64,000 nt of DNA, taken from a virus. Taxonomy: Duplodnaviria > Caudoviricetes. Shown piece by piece: positions 10,191 to 21,097 of the stretch. How positions within the stretch are numbered: position 1 is the stretch's first letter; each line of letters starts with the position of its first letter. Where the stretch lies: positions 2,076 to 66,075 of the IMG/VR virus record IMGVR_UViG_3300043427_003544; one strand, given 5' to 3'. The notes below the pieces were generated by a model. That model ran no database searches. It saw only the letters and a list, made by a program, of their open reading frames with translations, and was not told the DNA's origin. The position numbers and the translations under genes were made by a program.

Positions 10191-11892
10191 ACTTATCTAT
10201 TAAAGGTTTATAAGGTACTTCAAGTCCTGTCAATCCGTCGTTGAAGTCGAAGTCTCTATCGTCAGGTATTAATTTAAATATTGTATTTGAATAAGGATAT
10301 TGAGCTCCATTGAAAAAAGGATAATCTACCCCTCTTCCTAAATTATCAATAAACCCATAGGTGTACAAATCTCTCCATCTAAAACTTTCATCGGACACAG
10401 AATAAAATGAATAACTCGGTACTGAGTCTACTTCATTTATTTTTGCAGTTTCGATATAATCAGAAAAAACTCTTATTGTAATTGAGTGGTGTGGTTGATA
10501 ATAATAACCTGAAGGATTACTCGATATGGATGTTTGAAACACGTTTTGATTGAATTTCAGTTTGTGATAATATTTCGATATTACTCGTTCTATTTGAAAA
10601 TACTCATTCCATTCACAAAAATCCCCATCAATTATATCTCCTACTTTTAAGTTTTGATTATAATAAAAAGTTTTGGTTACTCCGTTTGTTTGGGTGTAAG
10701 AACTTACACCTATACTCGAGTTTGAATTTATATTTGTAGAAGACCACCAAGAGTTATTTGTTTTGGTTATATTGAATAACCATCCCTGTTTTAACGCAAC
10801 ACCGTTTGTTGGTGCATTAAAATATCCCGAATAACCTCGATTAATAATCGTTAAGAATAGTTCTGATAAAGGTCTTTGTTGATTATCTAATAGATTTGCC
10901 AAATTCAAGTCTCTCGCAGGTGTAATTGTGTAGGTGTTTGAACTATTTTTTTGTGAGATTCTTGTTATTTTGTTTGGAGTTATTGAACTCAACTCAATTT
11001 TCTTTTCGTCATTAAATGAGTTTTTTTCAAATCCTGTTTTGGTCACTATAACATCGTCGATATTAGAAATTATTTTATGTTGTCTGATATAATATTTCGA
11101 TTTGGTTTCTTCAATATTATCAAAATTAACAACTCTTTTAAAAGTACCAACAACTGAATTAGCAAAAGTATTTCCTGTAAATCCTATATCATAGATACTG
11201 AATATATAAACTTCACTTCCAAGTAGGCCATTACCTAAATCGAATACTTCAAATAAAGTTTGTGTTCTATAACTAACAATTTGATTGTTTACTTTGAGTT
11301 CAACAGATTCACCTACGGTTAGTCCATGTGGTGATATACATTCAAATGATATAATTGGATTTCCATTTACCGTCGATTTTTTTATAACGAAGGGGATTCC
11401 ATCTTTTGCAACCCAATCGAATGTTGTATTATTCAAAGTTGCAGATAAATTTACATCAAAATTATTTTTAAACGGATATGAGTAATAATACGTCCAGTTA
11501 TATGTAAAAGCACTCTTGGACTTATAATTTATGTGAGTGTTTGTTATGTCGTCTCTGAAAAAATCAAATTCATAATATTGTGGGTAGCCTTTCCATACTT
11601 TTGTGAAGACTGAACTTTGTCCATCAACCAAATATAAATTATACTGAAATGGAAGGTATTCGGTTGTTCCTGTAAATAAATTTTCATACAAGTAACTTAC
11701 TTTAAAAGTGGGTCTGAATATTGTTGATGCTTGTCTTTCTTCATCGAATACTTGAGCTAAACTAACATTCGCAGTCCTATCATATTCAACCAACGTTTGA
11801 CTTTGTTCTTGTAAACTTATTTGCAATTGTTGGTCCTCGGAAGGTGCCGACTTGTATTGTTGAGAACTTGGTATGATTGTAAATCTATTCAC
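10183..11892 (-). CDS. Hypothetical phage structural protein
   Basis: 569-aa ORF overlapping both neighbours in the baseplate/tail region. Confidence 0.55.
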   Translation of the reverse strand: MNRFTIIPSSQQYKSAPSEDQQLQISLQEQSQTLVEYDRTANVSLAQVFDEERQASTIFRPTFKVSYLYENLFTGTTEYLPFQYNLYLVDGQSSVFTKVWKGYPQYYEFDFFRDDITNTHINYKSKSAFTYNWTYYYSYPFKNNFDVNLSATLNNTTFDWVAKDGIPFVIKKSTVNGNPIISFECISPHGLTVGESVELKVNNQIVSYRTQTLFEVFDLGNGLLGSEVYIFSIYDIGFTGNTFANSVVGTFKRVVNFDNIEETKSKYYIRQHKIISNIDDVIVTKTGFEKNSFNDEKKIELSSITPNKITRISQKNSSNTYTITPARDLNLANLLDNQQRPLSELFLTIINRGYSGYFNAPTNGVALKQGWLFNITKTNNSWWSSTNINSNSSIGVSSYTQTNGVTKTFYYNQNLKVGDIIDGDFCEWNEYFQIERVISKYYHKLKFNQNVFQTSISSNPSGYYYQPHHSITIRVFSDYIETAKINEVDSVPSYSFYSVSDESFRWRDLYTYGFIDNLGRGVDYPFFNGAQYPYSNTIFKLIPDDRDFDFNDGLTGLEVPYKPLIDKCE

Positions 11893-14800
11893 TTAACCCG
11901 TATTTTTCTTTGAATTTTTCTAATGCCGTTGCACCAACTATTGTTCCGAAATAAAAATGGAATGGTGCACCTACTAAAAATTTATTATTTATTGGAGGTC
12001 CCTTTGGTTTAAATTCTGTTCCAGAATTCGGGACAGTATCATTTAGAACATTGAATATGTACCCTCTCATATTCAAGTCATTAACAATCCCACTGCCTTT
12101 AAAATATTGATTAAGCACTCTATCGACAGATTGGTAGCCCTCTTGCACAATATCAATTTCATTTGTAGCCCAATTATTTATTTGAGTACCAAAAATGTTT
12201 GAATCATTTTGCAAACTCCATCGATAGAATGGTACTATTTGTGTTTTAATACCATAATAATACGGTGTGGCATTTGCCGTAGGTGAACTTCTGAAATTTA
12301 TTCTACCTGGTGTAATAAAATCTTTAAACTGGAGATTTTCACTTGTCGATGAGAAAAATATACCTATGGTAGGATTGCTTGGAGTTCCGTAAATTCCAAC
12401 AGGACTATTGTCGGTGTTTGTATCATAAAACTCAGGACTGAATTTTATCAATCCTTCCTCTGAATTTATTGACAACATTTGCACTAAATCACCGTCAACT
12501 CTTCTACTCCTACCACTATTTCTACTAAATAAATTTTGAATTGCATCTCCTTGTAAAAAGGATGAATTCAATATTCTTGAAATTACAAATAAATTTATTA
12601 TATCAGACGTGTCAGAATAACTTGTTGGGTTTAGACCATCTAATATAAATGCATTAGTTGCTGGGTCCAACGTTATTTCGTCGTAAAAACTATCTTTATA
12701 TCCCAAATCAATTATTGTCGTTGGAAATAAAAGATTTTTTTGGTTTACGGCTGATGACTCGGTCGCATTTTTACCAATAAATTTATTTCGAAGGAGACTG
12801 TATGGGCTACTTCTATAATAAAAATTAGAAGTATCGTCATCGAAAAAAACTAAATCTTTACAAAACCTGACATCTGATGGTTTATTTTGTCTATCATAAT
12901 AAGTGTCAACTTGTATGGGGAATGCAAAAAGTGTACCGTTTACCCAATTGTTTGTAAATGTTTGTGAAAGAACACCCCTACAAATTCCATAGAAAAATTT
13001 ATATCTAATACCCCATTCATTGAATTTTTGTATATCTTTTGCGAGACCAAAAAGTGGTCTTGTAAATAAGACATAACATCCGCTTTCAACTTGGTCATTT
13101 TTAGCGCACGCGGTACTAATACCAAAATTATTACTGAACCCTGTATAACAATCTAAAGAAACCATGTTTTCACAATTGAAACTTTCCAAAACATTAGCTG
13201 CATAAATTTGGTCTTCAATATCTGGTTGTATTTGGTCCGCACCTACAGGATATTGGGAAGATATTGAATTTGTTGTTGGGTCTACAATCTCATAAAATGC
13301 AAAATTTATATTTTGTTGTAAGACTGCAACATTTGGTGAACTCCACTTTAACCCATCCAAAGCGTCTGATGATGGTAAAGCATCAGTCCTCATAATAATT
13401 TTATTTTTATCTGAAATAGGTAATGGATTTTGAAGTAAATCAGGATATAGATTTGGAGAGTAATAATAGTATTCTACTTCATTATATGCAATGTTGGTAC
13501 TGTCTAAAATTGCGGTTACAGGATTCAAAAAAGAAAGCCACCCTTTAACCCTTGTAACTTCTCCAAATATAACTGCGTTCCCTGAAACGTCTTCTGAATT
13601 ATCGTACTTTCCAACACTAATGTTATTACTATGAAAATCGTTAGTACTTTGACTAATTAATCCGACAGCACCAAATAAAGGTACAGGTCCAGCAAAAAGA
13701 GATGTAGTTGGTATTCCAGGAAAAACTTCTGGTTCAGGAAAAACCCTATTTCCTAACTTACCATAGTACCCGACAGAAGATGATGTAAAAGCAGAAAACT
13801 GTGAACCTGGAGTAAAGAAATATGAATTATAAAATAAATTATTTTGATTATTAAATTGTTGTACTGTTGAGGTTGGATTAACCTTTTGTATTGGTATATT
13901 CAATCTCGAATTAATTGTGAAAGAAAATCTACTATCATCTATATTATATCCAAAAATTCTACCTAAATTATATTTGTTTGGTAATAATGGTGAATATGGG
14001 TCGACTCCTCTTTGTAATATCAAAACATACTCTTCTCCAAAATTTTCATAAAAATCCTTATAAGCAAATGCGTTTGTTGGAACACTTCTTTCTCTGTATT
14101 CAACACCATTGTTATGTTCCATCCACCTTAGAGTTGTTTTGGAAGATATAACATTTGGAAATGTGTGTAATTCTGAACTGTTAGATAGTGTTAAAAACTC
14201 CGAAACTGTTATTGCGGTTACTACTTGAAAATATTCTCTATCCATAGGAAAACCTTGTCTATTGAAAGTAGTTCCTGTACTTAAATTATATGTAGTGGTT
14301 TTTTCTAACGTTTGGTTATTTTCATTACAATATCTTAAGGTAATTTGTTGTGGTCCTGTCACTGGTGTTCCTGTGATTCCAAAAAATTCACCATTATTAG
14401 TTACTTCTACGTATGTTGCATTTACATCTGAAGTAGTACCAGGATTAACGGTGGTGAGAAGTTGTCCCGTACTATAACTTCTAGTTGATAAAACTGTGAT
14501 TGTATTATCAAGATGGTTTGAGCCTACATTATTTGGATTATCGAAGCTAACCCTAATTCTATTTATTCCTGTAAAATATGAAGTTCTTTGATTGAAAATA
14601 TTAATTCTTTCTCCCAATGGTAGGTCCATACTCCAAACAAACATCTTATCTTCATCCTCAGAAACTTCTCTCTGCACATTTGATTTTGGAACTTTGTAAA
14701 CAGTAGCATCTCCAGAGTCTATATTACCACCCATACCTTGTGAGTAAAGGTCTGCTATTATACTTACATCCTCTTCAGGTTGATAATTTCTACCATACAA

Positions 14801-16612
14801 ATACTGAGTAAAATTTTCGTAGTATTTGAAAGGACTCGATACTGGTGTTAGAACTCCATTTCCAAATGCATCAATCAGTGATGTTGTTGTATCTGCAGGT
14901 TTACAATCACAACTCTGACATTCAGGATAAGTAATCATAGGTAATCTTATAGGTATACCACCAGTCTTTGGTTTTATGCCTATTAGACGACCTAAAAAAT
15001 TTATAATTTGATATATTGTTCCAACAATTACGTGAGCCAAAATCAATAGATAAGAACCAATATATTGGAAAAGTGTGACTAATAATGAAAACACAAAAAA
15101 TAGTGTATCAAAATTCCTATATCCCTCATTGACAGGGAATTTATTCACAGTTGCTGCACAATCGTTATTACCTATTTCTTTAATCCCTATAAACCTAGCC
15201 CTGTTTCCTTTCTTATATTGGTCTATAAGTCCTGAGATGGTGTATACCTTATTGAATTTAAATTCAAAAAAAGTATCTTCACAATTGATTATACTATCTA
15301 ATACTTGGTTAGTTGAATCCCCGAATCCATTTGTATAACCGGACCAATCCAAACCAAAATAATACGAACTTCTTAGTTGTTTATATTCAGAGGAAGTACT
15401 TAATGTAGTTAAGTATGGGTCCGCCGAAGTTCTCCATCCATACTCTCTTACATTAGGAACAAGAAAATCAGCTCTTCTTGTTTGTTGTGTCAACCCTTTA
15501 GCCTGTTGCCATTTTATTTTAAATCTATATCTTGCCTTTGTAGGAATACCAACTTCAGGGTCAGGTGATAATATTCTATCACCAAATTCATTAGTCACAA
15601 TATAATCTAAATTCATGGGTAGTTCAGTGACCCACGTTCCATCTTCGTCAATTACATTTCCTGATTGTTCCAATTGATATTGTTCCAATATAGGATTACC
15701 GTCTTCGTCTTGTTGAATTGTTTGTCTTATTGCTAAAATTTGACCTGGCCCTGACTGAAGACTACAAAGTTCTCCCGTATTGTCCCTCGGTCTGCAATTT
15801 TTTCTTACCCTATATTCATCCGAGTTAGAAAATATAGAGCCTATAAAAACAGAAGTTGGTTGTATGTCAATATTTGCATCTTCTCTCAAATCAAAATCGA
15901 CTCTGTTGATTGCAATTTGGCATATCTCAGGTTCACCCCAAAGAGGTGCAATTTCAACTGTTTTAGTTATATTAACAATTTGCGGTAATGTACTTAAATC
16001 CGAAGATGTTCTGAAACTACCACCTGAAACTTGTGCTTCTGTTGCCCTCCCTATTCTTATTAAATCTTGTGGTGTTAAAGAAAACTCCCCAATATCTGAA
16101 AGGTCAACATCCATTACAATTGTTTGGAAACCCAAAGGAATCCCCATTATCATGTAATCACCACTATCGTTTGTTTTTACCGTAAACTTGAAATATTTGT
16201 CATATATTTCTGCTGCGGTTGCATTTGTTAATACGTCTAATCTTGTTGGGAAAGTGCCTGTTGCCGCATGTTTACTATATGACTTTTCATAAGGTAATAG
16301 ATTATATCTATAACCGTCTTCATTCACATCATCAGTTGATGTGTACGGATATATCGAACGTAACTCTTGATTTAGTAAGTCTTGTTCTGATACAGGAATA
16401 AAAACAGAAACTTTAGCATTTGGAATTCCCGTTCCGTTATTTGCAGTGACTCTTCCGACTACAACACCATAATCCGCACAATATCTTGTGTATACGTCAG
16501 CTTGTTGAATTTTTAAAGATAGTATTTCTAAAAATTCAAAGTCTTGGTCTAATTGTAAATTAATTGTTTTGTCAACACCAACTTCAGTTCTAATTCTATA
16601 ACTTTGACCCAT
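11885..16612 (-). CDS. Large putative virion protein with N-terminal carboxypeptidase-regulatory-like (prealbumin) fold
   Basis: 1575 aa; GVVVGRVTANNGTGIPNAKVSV...TVKTNDSGDYMIMGIP pattern; one long hydrophobic segment. Confidence 0.55.
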   Translation of the reverse strand: MGQSYRIRTEVGVDKTINLQLDQDFEFLEILSLKIQQADVYTRYCADYGVVVGRVTANNGTGIPNAKVSVFIPVSEQDLLNQELRSIYPYTSTDDVNEDGYRYNLLPYEKSYSKHAATGTFPTRLDVLTNATAAEIYDKYFKFTVKTNDSGDYMIMGIPLGFQTIVMDVDLSDIGEFSLTPQDLIRIGRATEAQVSGGSFRTSSDLSTLPQIVNITKTVEIAPLWGEPEICQIAINRVDFDLREDANIDIQPTSVFIGSIFSNSDEYRVRKNCRPRDNTGELCSLQSGPGQILAIRQTIQQDEDGNPILEQYQLEQSGNVIDEDGTWVTELPMNLDYIVTNEFGDRILSPDPEVGIPTKARYRFKIKWQQAKGLTQQTRRADFLVPNVREYGWRTSADPYLTTLSTSSEYKQLRSSYYFGLDWSGYTNGFGDSTNQVLDSIINCEDTFFEFKFNKVYTISGLIDQYKKGNRARFIGIKEIGNNDCAATVNKFPVNEGYRNFDTLFFVFSLLVTLFQYIGSYLLILAHVIVGTIYQIINFLGRLIGIKPKTGGIPIRLPMITYPECQSCDCKPADTTTSLIDAFGNGVLTPVSSPFKYYENFTQYLYGRNYQPEEDVSIIADLYSQGMGGNIDSGDATVYKVPKSNVQREVSEDEDKMFVWSMDLPLGERINIFNQRTSYFTGINRIRVSFDNPNNVGSNHLDNTITVLSTRSYSTGQLLTTVNPGTTSDVNATYVEVTNNGEFFGITGTPVTGPQQITLRYCNENNQTLEKTTTYNLSTGTTFNRQGFPMDREYFQVVTAITVSEFLTLSNSSELHTFPNVISSKTTLRWMEHNNGVEYRERSVPTNAFAYKDFYENFGEEYVLILQRGVDPYSPLLPNKYNLGRIFGYNIDDSRFSFTINSRLNIPIQKVNPTSTVQQFNNQNNLFYNSYFFTPGSQFSAFTSSSVGYYGKLGNRVFPEPEVFPGIPTTSLFAGPVPLFGAVGLISQSTNDFHSNNISVGKYDNSEDVSGNAVIFGEVTRVKGWLSFLNPVTAILDSTNIAYNEVEYYYYSPNLYPDLLQNPLPISDKNKIIMRTDALPSSDALDGLKWSSPNVAVLQQNINFAFYEIVDPTTNSISSQYPVGADQIQPDIEDQIYAANVLESFNCENMVSLDCYTGFSNNFGISTACAKNDQVESGCYVLFTRPLFGLAKDIQKFNEWGIRYKFFYGICRGVLSQTFTNNWVNGTLFAFPIQVDTYYDRQNKPSDVRFCKDLVFFDDDTSNFYYRSSPYSLLRNKFIGKNATESSAVNQKNLLFPTTIIDLGYKDSFYDEITLDPATNAFILDGLNPTSYSDTSDIINLFVISRILNSSFLQGDAIQNLFSRNSGRSRRVDGDLVQMLSINSEEGLIKFSPEFYDTNTDNSPVGIYGTPSNPTIGIFFSSTSENLQFKDFITPGRINFRSSPTANATPYYYGIKTQIVPFYRWSLQNDSNIFGTQINNWATNEIDIVQEGYQSVDRVLNQYFKGSGIVNDLNMRGYIFNVLNDTVPNSGTEFKPKGPPINNKFLVGAPFHFYFGTIVGATALEKFKEKYGLSE

Positions 16613-16701
16613 AGAGTCTTTTATGATAAATAGTTTACCCCAAAATTTTAATGGAAGATGGGTAATTGAAATTTAGAAATAGAACTAAATAAATAAATCT
16701 A

Positions 16702-18540
16702 TTAAGAAAGTGTCGTGTTTTGGAAATTTTTGACACTAACTCTTATGTCTCTTGTTGGGTACCTAATTTGATATACCTGACTAGGTTCTGCAAAAATTGT
16801 ATCGTCTACAGGTCTTATTTGTCTAGTCTCACTATTTGAATAAGCCATAGATGTTTCGAAAGAAGAATACTGTCCTCCTACATTATTGAAGACATCTAAC
16901 CCTGCAACAGTTATGACACCATTTTGATTTTGAATAATACTTCTTATCTCGGATAGATAAACGTTTTGTCCCAATTCTCTGAATAGTGGATTGAAATATT
17001 CAGAGACTTTATTAACAATATCTGTTATAATTTGTCCTGAATTTTGTGTTGTAGTTAATACAACGGATACTTCCACACTCAAATCAACTACTTTAGCTGT
17101 CTCTACTGAGATGTAGTCATTCATCATTCTATAGTTTGATAAATAATTTGCAATATTTTGTCTAAGTGTATTAGAAACAATACTTGTAAGTTTCCCTTGT
17201 GTATCGTAAGATAATATTTGAATTAAAATTTTATTGTTATTCTCAGTGATTGCAACTTTAGCTGGAGCCCCGAATTCGGCCGGCATTGTTCTTATCAATG
17301 ACTCATAATCGGATACAGTAACTGCTCTTTTTTGTGCGGAAAAGTTGAACGAAACATAATTTCTAATTTCCTCTGTTGTAGGTTGATTTGCCCCTCCAAT
17401 CGCTGCTGTTACGTTCACACATCTCAATGAATTAATTACGGAATTATTTGTTGCCTCCGAAGGACCATTTACATAAAATGTTACGTTTCCAACTTGGTTA
17501 ATAACATTTGTACCTAAGTTTGTTCCCAATCCACCACCTACCCTGTATTGAACAAATAATGTAGAATTAGGTACTAGCGCAGAACCTAAAGAAAAATTAT
17601 TAAGATAGTTTTGTATATTGAGTGGACCTCCTAAGTTTGTAAATAAATTCAATTGTTCCTGTGATGAAGTTGTTCCACCTCCAAATGTCATTTTTTTAAA
17701 ACCTTCAGGAGTGAATTCAGAAATAAATCTGTTATTAGTTTGAATGTATCTTCCTACTTTGATTCCTGGTTGGTCAGATACTTTTGTTGGGTCTTCTATA
17801 AAAATTCTATCTTCCGCCAAAGCATCTACTTCATACCATCTGTTTGCTAATCCCAAAAACTCCGCCGCTGTAGGTATGTTTGTATAATCTGTTCCATTTT
17901 TCAAAAGAACACTTGTTATACCCAAAACATTTTTTTCAGGTAAGAATAATTCAAAGAAAGGTCTAACATCGTTAGGAGAAATTACTCTCTTAAAAACTTT
18001 CGTTATACCGTTTACAACAAGTTCTCTTTTTGTAATTGTATAATTTATAATTACGTTGTTAGAATTAAAGTTTGGAATTTTCAATCTATTTGGGTACCCT
18101 TGAGCATTGTAAGGAGATGCGAAGTCAATATCATATACATTTTCAAATACTATTCCCGCTCCTGTAATCTGCGAACCTCTTACTAATTGACCCAAATATC
18201 TTTCATCTTCTTTATCACCGAAAGCAGGAACCGTAATAGAAAAGTCAACAAGTGATACTGAAGGTCTCTGACCCGGTATTTTAAGACCGTATGTTCTAGC
18301 AATATTATATATAGATGACCTCTGTTGCGCATATTGCAAAACAGTTTCTTGAATACTTCTATCTATATGATAATGTAAATTGTCTGCAACGGCAGCATTC
18401 AAATCCAAGAATACAGAGAAAACTGATGCATCGTTAAAATCCTGAATTAAATCAGGATAATAAGTTTTGACATAATTGAGTAGTTCGGCTCTGATTCCTT
18501 GGTAATCTCGGACCGTATAAGAAATTTTATTATTTGCCAT
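16702..18540 (-). CDS. Baseplate wedge subunit (T4 gp6 / baseplate J-like)
   Basis: RDYQGIRAEL..YPD..DF N-terminus; YRVGGG..N; GGAN; SAQKRAVTVSDY motif typical of gp6/J. Confidence 0.85.
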   Translation of the reverse strand: MANNKISYTVRDYQGIRAELLNYVKTYYPDLIQDFNDASVFSVFLDLNAAVADNLHYHIDRSIQETVLQYAQQRSSIYNIARTYGLKIPGQRPSVSLVDFSITVPAFGDKEDERYLGQLVRGSQITGAGIVFENVYDIDFASPYNAQGYPNRLKIPNFNSNNVIINYTITKRELVVNGITKVFKRVISPNDVRPFFELFLPEKNVLGITSVLLKNGTDYTNIPTAAEFLGLANRWYEVDALAEDRIFIEDPTKVSDQPGIKVGRYIQTNNRFISEFTPEGFKKMTFGGGTTSSQEQLNLFTNLGGPLNIQNYLNNFSLGSALVPNSTLFVQYRVGGGLGTNLGTNVINQVGNVTFYVNGPSEATNNSVINSLRCVNVTAAIGGANQPTTEEIRNYVSFNFSAQKRAVTVSDYESLIRTMPAEFGAPAKVAITENNNKILIQILSYDTQGKLTSIVSNTLRQNIANYLSNYRMMNDYISVETAKVVDLSVEVSVVLTTTQNSGQIITDIVNKVSEYFNPLFRELGQNVYLSEIRSIIQNQNGVITVAGLDVFNNVGGQYSSFETSMAYSNSETRQIRPVDDTIFAEPSQVYQIRYPTRDIRVSVKNFQNTTLS

Positions 18541-18546
18541 CTTATA

Positions 18547-19017
18547 TTAAATATTGATTATAACAAAATCAGATTGTGCGAAAACTGAATTACTCGATGA
18601 ATAATCTATCCTCACTTTAGCGGTATATTCGCTTGTATTTTTTCCTGGGACTCTATAAACATCGAAAACTTGATTACCTCCCGCAGTTGTGACGTAGTCT
18701 CCATCAACCTCATCTTCGGGAGTAATTGGTTCGATAGAGATATTATTTATTGTAAGGTTAGGTAAATACGTAGAAATTGAATCTCGTATGTCAGCCTCAA
18801 GAGCCGAGAATGTAAGTCCGTCGAATGGTTCAAATATATATTCATACAAACGAGTTCCAAAATCAGGTAAAAAGTATCTAGAACCCTTTCTTGTTAAAAG
18901 TAGATGAATTAAATCGGACCTTATCTCCTGTGGTTCGTATTCAGTAAGTGCCAAATAATCCCCTCTACGAGAATCTTGGAATGGAAAAAAGAGTCCATAA
19001 GTAATACCATTTGCCAT
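18547..19017 (-). CDS. Baseplate wedge subunit gp25-like (GPW/gp25 family)
   Basis: DLIHLLLTRKGSRYFLPDFGTRLYEYIFEP motif. Confidence 0.88.
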   Translation of the reverse strand: MANGITYGLFFPFQDSRRGDYLALTEYEPQEIRSDLIHLLLTRKGSRYFLPDFGTRLYEYIFEPFDGLTFSALEADIRDSISTYLPNLTINNISIEPITPEDEVDGDYVTTAGGNQVFDVYRVPGKNTSEYTAKVRIDYSSSNSVFAQSDFVIINI

Positions 19018-19037
19018 ACTACATAAATATACAAATT

Positions 19038-19235
19038 CTATTTTTCAACTAAAGTAGTATTTCCTTTAACTCCTTTTGGTTGGTACGGACAATGCCTACA
19101 TCCTCCATGTGAACCACAACAATGACCTCTTCTTATGTGGTATTCTTCAGTAAACACCACTCGATTGTTTTCAACGTAATAATCAGAAGGGAGAATCTGA
19201 TTTTGATTCTCCCTTTCTTTATTTGTATTTTCCAT
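19038..19235 (-). CDS. Small Cys-rich DUF5522-like protein
   Basis: DYYVENNRVVFTEEYHIRRGHCCGSHGGCRHCPY; ATG 19235 preferred because it avoids overlapping nrdJ. Confidence 0.7.
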   Translation of the reverse strand: MENTNKERENQNQILPSDYYVENNRVVFTEEYHIRRGHCCGSHGGCRHCPYQPKGVKGNTTLVEK

Positions 19236-19240
19236 AGGTT

Positions 19241-21097
19241 TTAAACTAAAACACATGCTCCGCCAGCACAAGCTAACTCTCCACTCAAATCAGTTTCATC
19301 ATCCAATTCTACAATTTTAGATAAATCAACCTCATGTAATGTTTCCATTAACTCTTCGTACTTTTCTTTGGTACAATCCTCGAAAGGAGCTTGAATATAT
19401 GTACCTCCATCATAAGGAAGTACGGATAATCCGTTATAGTGGTCTCTGTTTTCCCACATCCACTCACCTACCGCAGGCCATTCGTGTTCACGAATAGAAA
19501 CTGTTGCAGATACGTTGTGAGAGTTACTACCGCTTCTATGTCCAGGTTTAATCCAATCTACGTGTACTTTTTTAACTCTTTCTAAGAGTTGAATTGGTGA
19601 TTCGTTTCTCAAAATTGAACCTTCAGGAGCTTTCTGAGGAATACCAATAACCGCAGTATCGTGTGGTCTGAAATATTCATCTTCAACCAACTCAGGGTGA
19701 TTCTCCTTCAAGTAAGTATAGATTGCTTCGTTCTTACCAACTCTAACTCTTCTGATATAATAATCATTGTGCCAAGCATGGATTCCAGAAGAAGTTCCTA
19801 ATGTAAGTGAAGTAGTTCCTGCAGGTTTTACAGTAGTTGTTCTCGCCGCTGGGTTAATTCCAAGTAGTTCAGCGACTCTTTTATTTTCCTCTTTAACAAT
19901 TTTAGATGCGGCTTTCATATCTAATTTTAATACTGCGCCTGAACCAATCCCTGTCATTGATACTCCGATAAGTGCATCTTTCTCAGTAGTTCTTTGCCAT
20001 ATAGGTCTCAGGTAATGGAAGTTAGTGTAACCAGCTTGTAGCGTACCACAAAAAGCCGCAGCTCTAACTCTATCTTCATAGTCTTCTTGAGAAACAACAT
20101 TAGACACGTTTACCTCTGTTAAATTACAGAATTGGAATGGTCTAAGTGCAATTTCACAACAAGGATTGGTTCCCCAATCTTTATCATTGGTTAAATAAAT
20201 TCCGGGTTCACCAGCTCCGCTTGCTTCAATTCTCTTCCAAAGGTCCATGAAGTACTCTTTAGTTATTTTGTGTCGGAGCAACACAGCTGAGTTATTTGCT
20301 CTACCTCTTTGTGGATTTGTTTCCCACCACGCACCTGACTTACATCCAATCATCTCATCATCAGTTGCAGAGAACAATGATATAAGAGCAGCTCTTCTAA
20401 TACCACCCGCCAATACTGCATCTGCAATATGACAAACCATATCGTGAACTTCAATTGGTCTTAACTTCTCTCCGTTTTCTTTTGAATCTAAAATACCTTC
20501 GAGTTTAATGAGACACTCTTTTAATGGCTGAGGGCCTGGAGCCTTTCCACCGGAAGTAACAAGTCTCGCACCTTTTGGTCTGATGTCACTGAAATCAAAT
20601 TCAATTTGCGAACCACCAAAGAAGTATGACTTTACTAAAATTTTGACTGCGTCTGCCCATCCTTCAATAGAGTCAGCAACTAACCATCTTCTTTTTCTTT
20701 CCTTATTTGGTTTAAGGATTTCAGGTAAAGCCTCAACATGATGCTTTTGAACAGAATATCCAACACCTGTACCACCGAGTAACAAGAACATTACTTCAGA
20801 AAAAACTCTCCAATCATCAATTGGTGCAAAAGCACAGTTATAAATTCTGTTTGGAGAAATCTCAATTGGTTTTCCTGCAAATTGCATTGACCTCATTGAT
20901 GGGAGAACTTGTTTTTTAAAAACATACATGTAGTTCTCTCTAATTTCTTTTTCTAATTTAGGGAATTGCTTGATATGCATTTCCATGTTTCTTGTGACTA
21001 ATTCTTGCCACGTTTCTCTTCTGTTCAACTCAGGAATAAACTTAGCGTACTTCATGTACACTGTAATATCACTGAGTATTCTGTTCGAAATGTCCAT
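19241..21097 (-). CDS. nrdJ: Class II (adenosylcobalamin-dependent) ribonucleoside-triphosphate reductase
   Basis: YNCAF, GGTGVG, GGIRRAA, TNPCCEI, TTVKPAGT and C-terminal ELACAGGAC; no class I small subunit gene in the window. Confidence 0.9.
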   Translation of the reverse strand: MDISNRILSDITVYMKYAKFIPELNRRETWQELVTRNMEMHIKQFPKLEKEIRENYMYVFKKQVLPSMRSMQFAGKPIEISPNRIYNCAFAPIDDWRVFSEVMFLLLGGTGVGYSVQKHHVEALPEILKPNKERKRRWLVADSIEGWADAVKILVKSYFFGGSQIEFDFSDIRPKGARLVTSGGKAPGPQPLKECLIKLEGILDSKENGEKLRPIEVHDMVCHIADAVLAGGIRRAALISLFSATDDEMIGCKSGAWWETNPQRGRANNSAVLLRHKITKEYFMDLWKRIEASGAGEPGIYLTNDKDWGTNPCCEIALRPFQFCNLTEVNVSNVVSQEDYEDRVRAAAFCGTLQAGYTNFHYLRPIWQRTTEKDALIGVSMTGIGSGAVLKLDMKAASKIVKEENKRVAELLGINPAARTTTVKPAGTTSLTLGTSSGIHAWHNDYYIRRVRVGKNEAIYTYLKENHPELVEDEYFRPHDTAVIGIPQKAPEGSILRNESPIQLLERVKKVHVDWIKPGHRSGSNSHNVSATVSIREHEWPAVGEWMWENRDHYNGLSVLPYDGGTYIQAPFEDCTKEKYEELMETLHEVDLSKIVELDDETDLSGELACAGGACVLV

